From Gammaproteobacteria bacterium (GTDB lineage: Bacteria; Pseudomonadota; Gammaproteobacteria; Magnimaribacterales; AG-339-G14), in assembly GCA_003331625.1 (NCBI GenBank), contig QOPF01000007.1:3559-67558 (forward strand): a stretch of DNA of 64,000 bases. Direction: 5' to 3'. Positions 62,415 through 64,000 of the stretch are shown here, one piece after another. A program made the position numbers and the translations under genes. How positions within the stretch are numbered: the stretch's first letter is position 1; every line of letters begins with the position of its first letter. The notes beneath the pieces are model-generated. The model searched no databases. It worked only from the letters and a program-made list of their open reading frames with translations, and was not told the origin of the DNA.

Positions 62415-63682
62415 TGGAAAATTTAAAAATAGGTTTGTGCGGTACTGGAAATGTGGGTTTAGCATTTGCAAAAAGCATCTTAAATTCTGAGATCCTCATA
62501 AAGCAAAATTATGGCTTGAATATTTCAATTTCTTTGATTGGCGCAAGAAAGGGAAAAGTTGAGGGTTTGGAAGGTATCCCAATTGTAAAAAACATCTTGG
62601 ATGTAACTAAGTCAAACGATGTAGATGTAGTTGTAGAATTAATAGGTGGAATTGATGATGCCTATGCTTTGGCTAAAGCAACTTTAAAAAATAAAAAACA
62701 TTTTATTACGGCAAACAAAGCATTGATTGCGGCCCATTCCAAAGAACTTTTTGAACTTGCTAATCAAAACAATGTTCACATTGGCTTTGAAGCATCCGTC
62801 GCAGGTGGAATTCCAATCATAAGAACTATTAGAGACGGCTTGATAAGCAATAGAATTAATTCCTTTGCAGGAATTTTAAACGGAACCTCTAACTTTATTT
62901 TTTCTAAAATGTCAGACGATGGCTTGGCTTTTGATAAGGCACTTTTGTTAGCGCAAAAAGAAGGTTTTGCTGAGCCAGATCCAACTTTTGATATATCAGG
63001 CCAGGATGCTGCCCAAAAGACAAGTATTCTAGCTACGCTTTCTTTTTTTCAACATGCTGTCATGGAAAACGTTTATTTTGAGGGTATCGATAAGATTACC
63101 CCGCAGGACATAGACTTTGGTGACCAATTAGATTTTGTTCTAAAACCCTTATCCGTTGGTATCCTTGAGAAGAACGGCATAACATTAGGAAGCTTTCCTG
63201 CTTTTGTAAAGAAAGATTCTTTGTTGGCATCAATTCATAATGAAAATAATGCTGTTTTGATGAATGCTGAAAATGTAGGCGGTACCATGTACTCTGGACC
63301 TGGAGCAGGAGCAAAACCAACTGCAAATTCAGTTTTATCAGATGTCATAGACGTTGGTAGAGGTAAGGTATTTGATTATAAAAAGTTTGTCCAAAATGCT
63401 ATTACTTCAAGTTTTGAAAATTTCTCTTGTGATCATTACCTCAAATTATCTTTAAATGACAAGCCAGGAGCGGTGGCAAAAATTTCTACTTTATTGGCAG
63501 ACTATAATCTCTCTATAGATAATCTAATTCAAAAAGAATTGGATAGAAATGACGATGTAATTCCATTGGTAACGGTAATAAGTAATTCAGAAGATCACAT
63601 TATAAAAAAAGCTATTTCTGATTTACAAAATCTTGATGAAGTTCAGGGTCAAATTTCACACATAAGAATTTTAGATATTTAA
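62414..63682 (+). CDS. hom: Homoserine dehydrogenase with C-terminal ACT domain
   Basis: GLCGTGNVG NAD fold, ITANKAL, FEASVAGGIPII, and a C-terminal ACT segment (DKPGAVAKISTLLAD). Confidence 0.94.
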   Translation: MENLKIGLCGTGNVGLAFAKSILNSEILIKQNYGLNISISLIGARKGKVEGLEGIPIVKNILDVTKSNDVDVVVELIGGIDDAYALAKATLKNKKHFITANKALIAAHSKELFELANQNNVHIGFEASVAGGIPIIRTIRDGLISNRINSFAGILNGTSNFIFSKMSDDGLAFDKALLLAQKEGFAEPDPTFDISGQDAAQKTSILATLSFFQHAVMENVYFEGIDKITPQDIDFGDQLDFVLKPLSVGILEKNGITLGSFPAFVKKDSLLASIHNENNAVLMNAENVGGTMYSGPGAGAKPTANSVLSDVIDVGRGKVFDYKKFVQNAITSSFENFSCDHYLKLSLNDKPGAVAKISTLLADYNLSIDNLIQKELDRNDDVIPLVTVISNSEDHIIKKAISDLQNLDEVQGQISHIRILDI

Positions 63683-63683
63683 T

Positions 63684-64000
63684 ATGAAATATTTAAGCAC
63701 AAGAGGTAACAATCAAAGATTAGATTTTGTTGATGTCCTGACTTCAGGAACTGCCAAAGACGGTGGCTTATTTATGCCAGAAACGTTTCCTAACTTTTCA
63801 GAGTCTGAGATTAATCAATTTAAGACCGCTAGCTATCAAGAATTAGCTAGTAATCTACTTTTTCCATACATTGAGGGCTTTCTTTCTAAAAGCGAGTTTG
63901 AATCGGTGGTAAAAAAAGCATATGACTCTTTTAGCATTCCGGAAGTAGTAAAACTTAGGGAAACTCAAAATTTAGGTTTTGTTCTGGAATTATTTCACGG
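63684..64000 (+). CDS. thrC: Threonine synthase (3' end truncated by the window edge)
   Basis: My translation from the ATG at 63684: MKYLSTRGNNQRLDFVDVLTSGTAKDGGLFMPE, a typical ThrC N-terminus. Follows hom. It is absent from the ORF track because the window contains no stop. Confidence 0.88.
   Translation, partial: MKYLSTRGNNQRLDFVDVLTSGTAKDGGLFMPETFPNFSESEINQFKTASYQELASNLLFPYIEGFLSKSEFESVVKKAYDSFSIPEVVKLRETQNLGFVLELFH

Overview
AT-rich, extremely compact stretch of core chromosome from a gammaproteobacterium. By the coordinates below, only about 1.1-1.2 kb of the 64 kb lies outside called genes. The order and lifestyle assignment (a streamlined marine lineage) is inference from gene order and composition only. 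I call 74 protein genes, one tRNA-Lys(UUU), one clear intrinsic terminator, two candidate promoters and two tandem repeats.

The window reads as a chain of conserved gene clusters in Pseudomonas-type order (recalled from memory):
- recA / proS / aspS-yebC-[X]-ybgC-tolQRAB-pal-cpoB-tRNALys
- crcB-hit
- bepA / perM / bcp / dapA-bamC-purC
- iscS-iscU-[fdx::iscA]-iscX-ndk-rodZ-ispG-hisS-yfgM-bamB-der
- sdhCDAB-sucCD
- a minus-strand MATE-tusA-oxidoreductase-alpha-glucosidase block
- pdxB, msrB
- murJ-ribF-ileS-lspA-ispH
- dadA-like, ampD, yajQ, ampG
- groES-groEL
- a nickel superoxide dismutase module (sodN-sodX)
- corB-like / rpsP-rimM-trmD-rplS-xerD-dsbC-aminotransferase-hom-thrC

I found no prophage, IS element, CRISPR array, toxin-antitoxin pair or recognisable defence island, and I do not claim a novel multi-gene system. 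The points of interest are local departures from the conserved clusters:
1. A 135-aa Hjc/T7-endonuclease-I-like PD-(D/E)xK protein sits exactly where ruvCAB normally lies.
2. IscS carries a roughly 73-codon N-terminal extension that resembles the N-terminal module of tyrosine integrases. No iscR lies upstream.
3. A single ORF fuses ISC ferredoxin to IscA, and hscBA is absent from the operon.
4. An unannotated 50-codon secreted/membrane His-rich ORF overlaps the sodN start in an ATGA junction.
5. Ribosomal protein S16 carries a roughly 265-aa acidic tail built from near-identical 87-nt tandem repeats.
6. ProRS lacks the INS editing domain.
7. sdhB is followed 10 nt later by sucC, with no sucA/sucB/lpd.

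Several ORF-track starts are TTG or GTG codons, or lie upstream of the likely start. I adjusted those where homology to known N-termini was clear.
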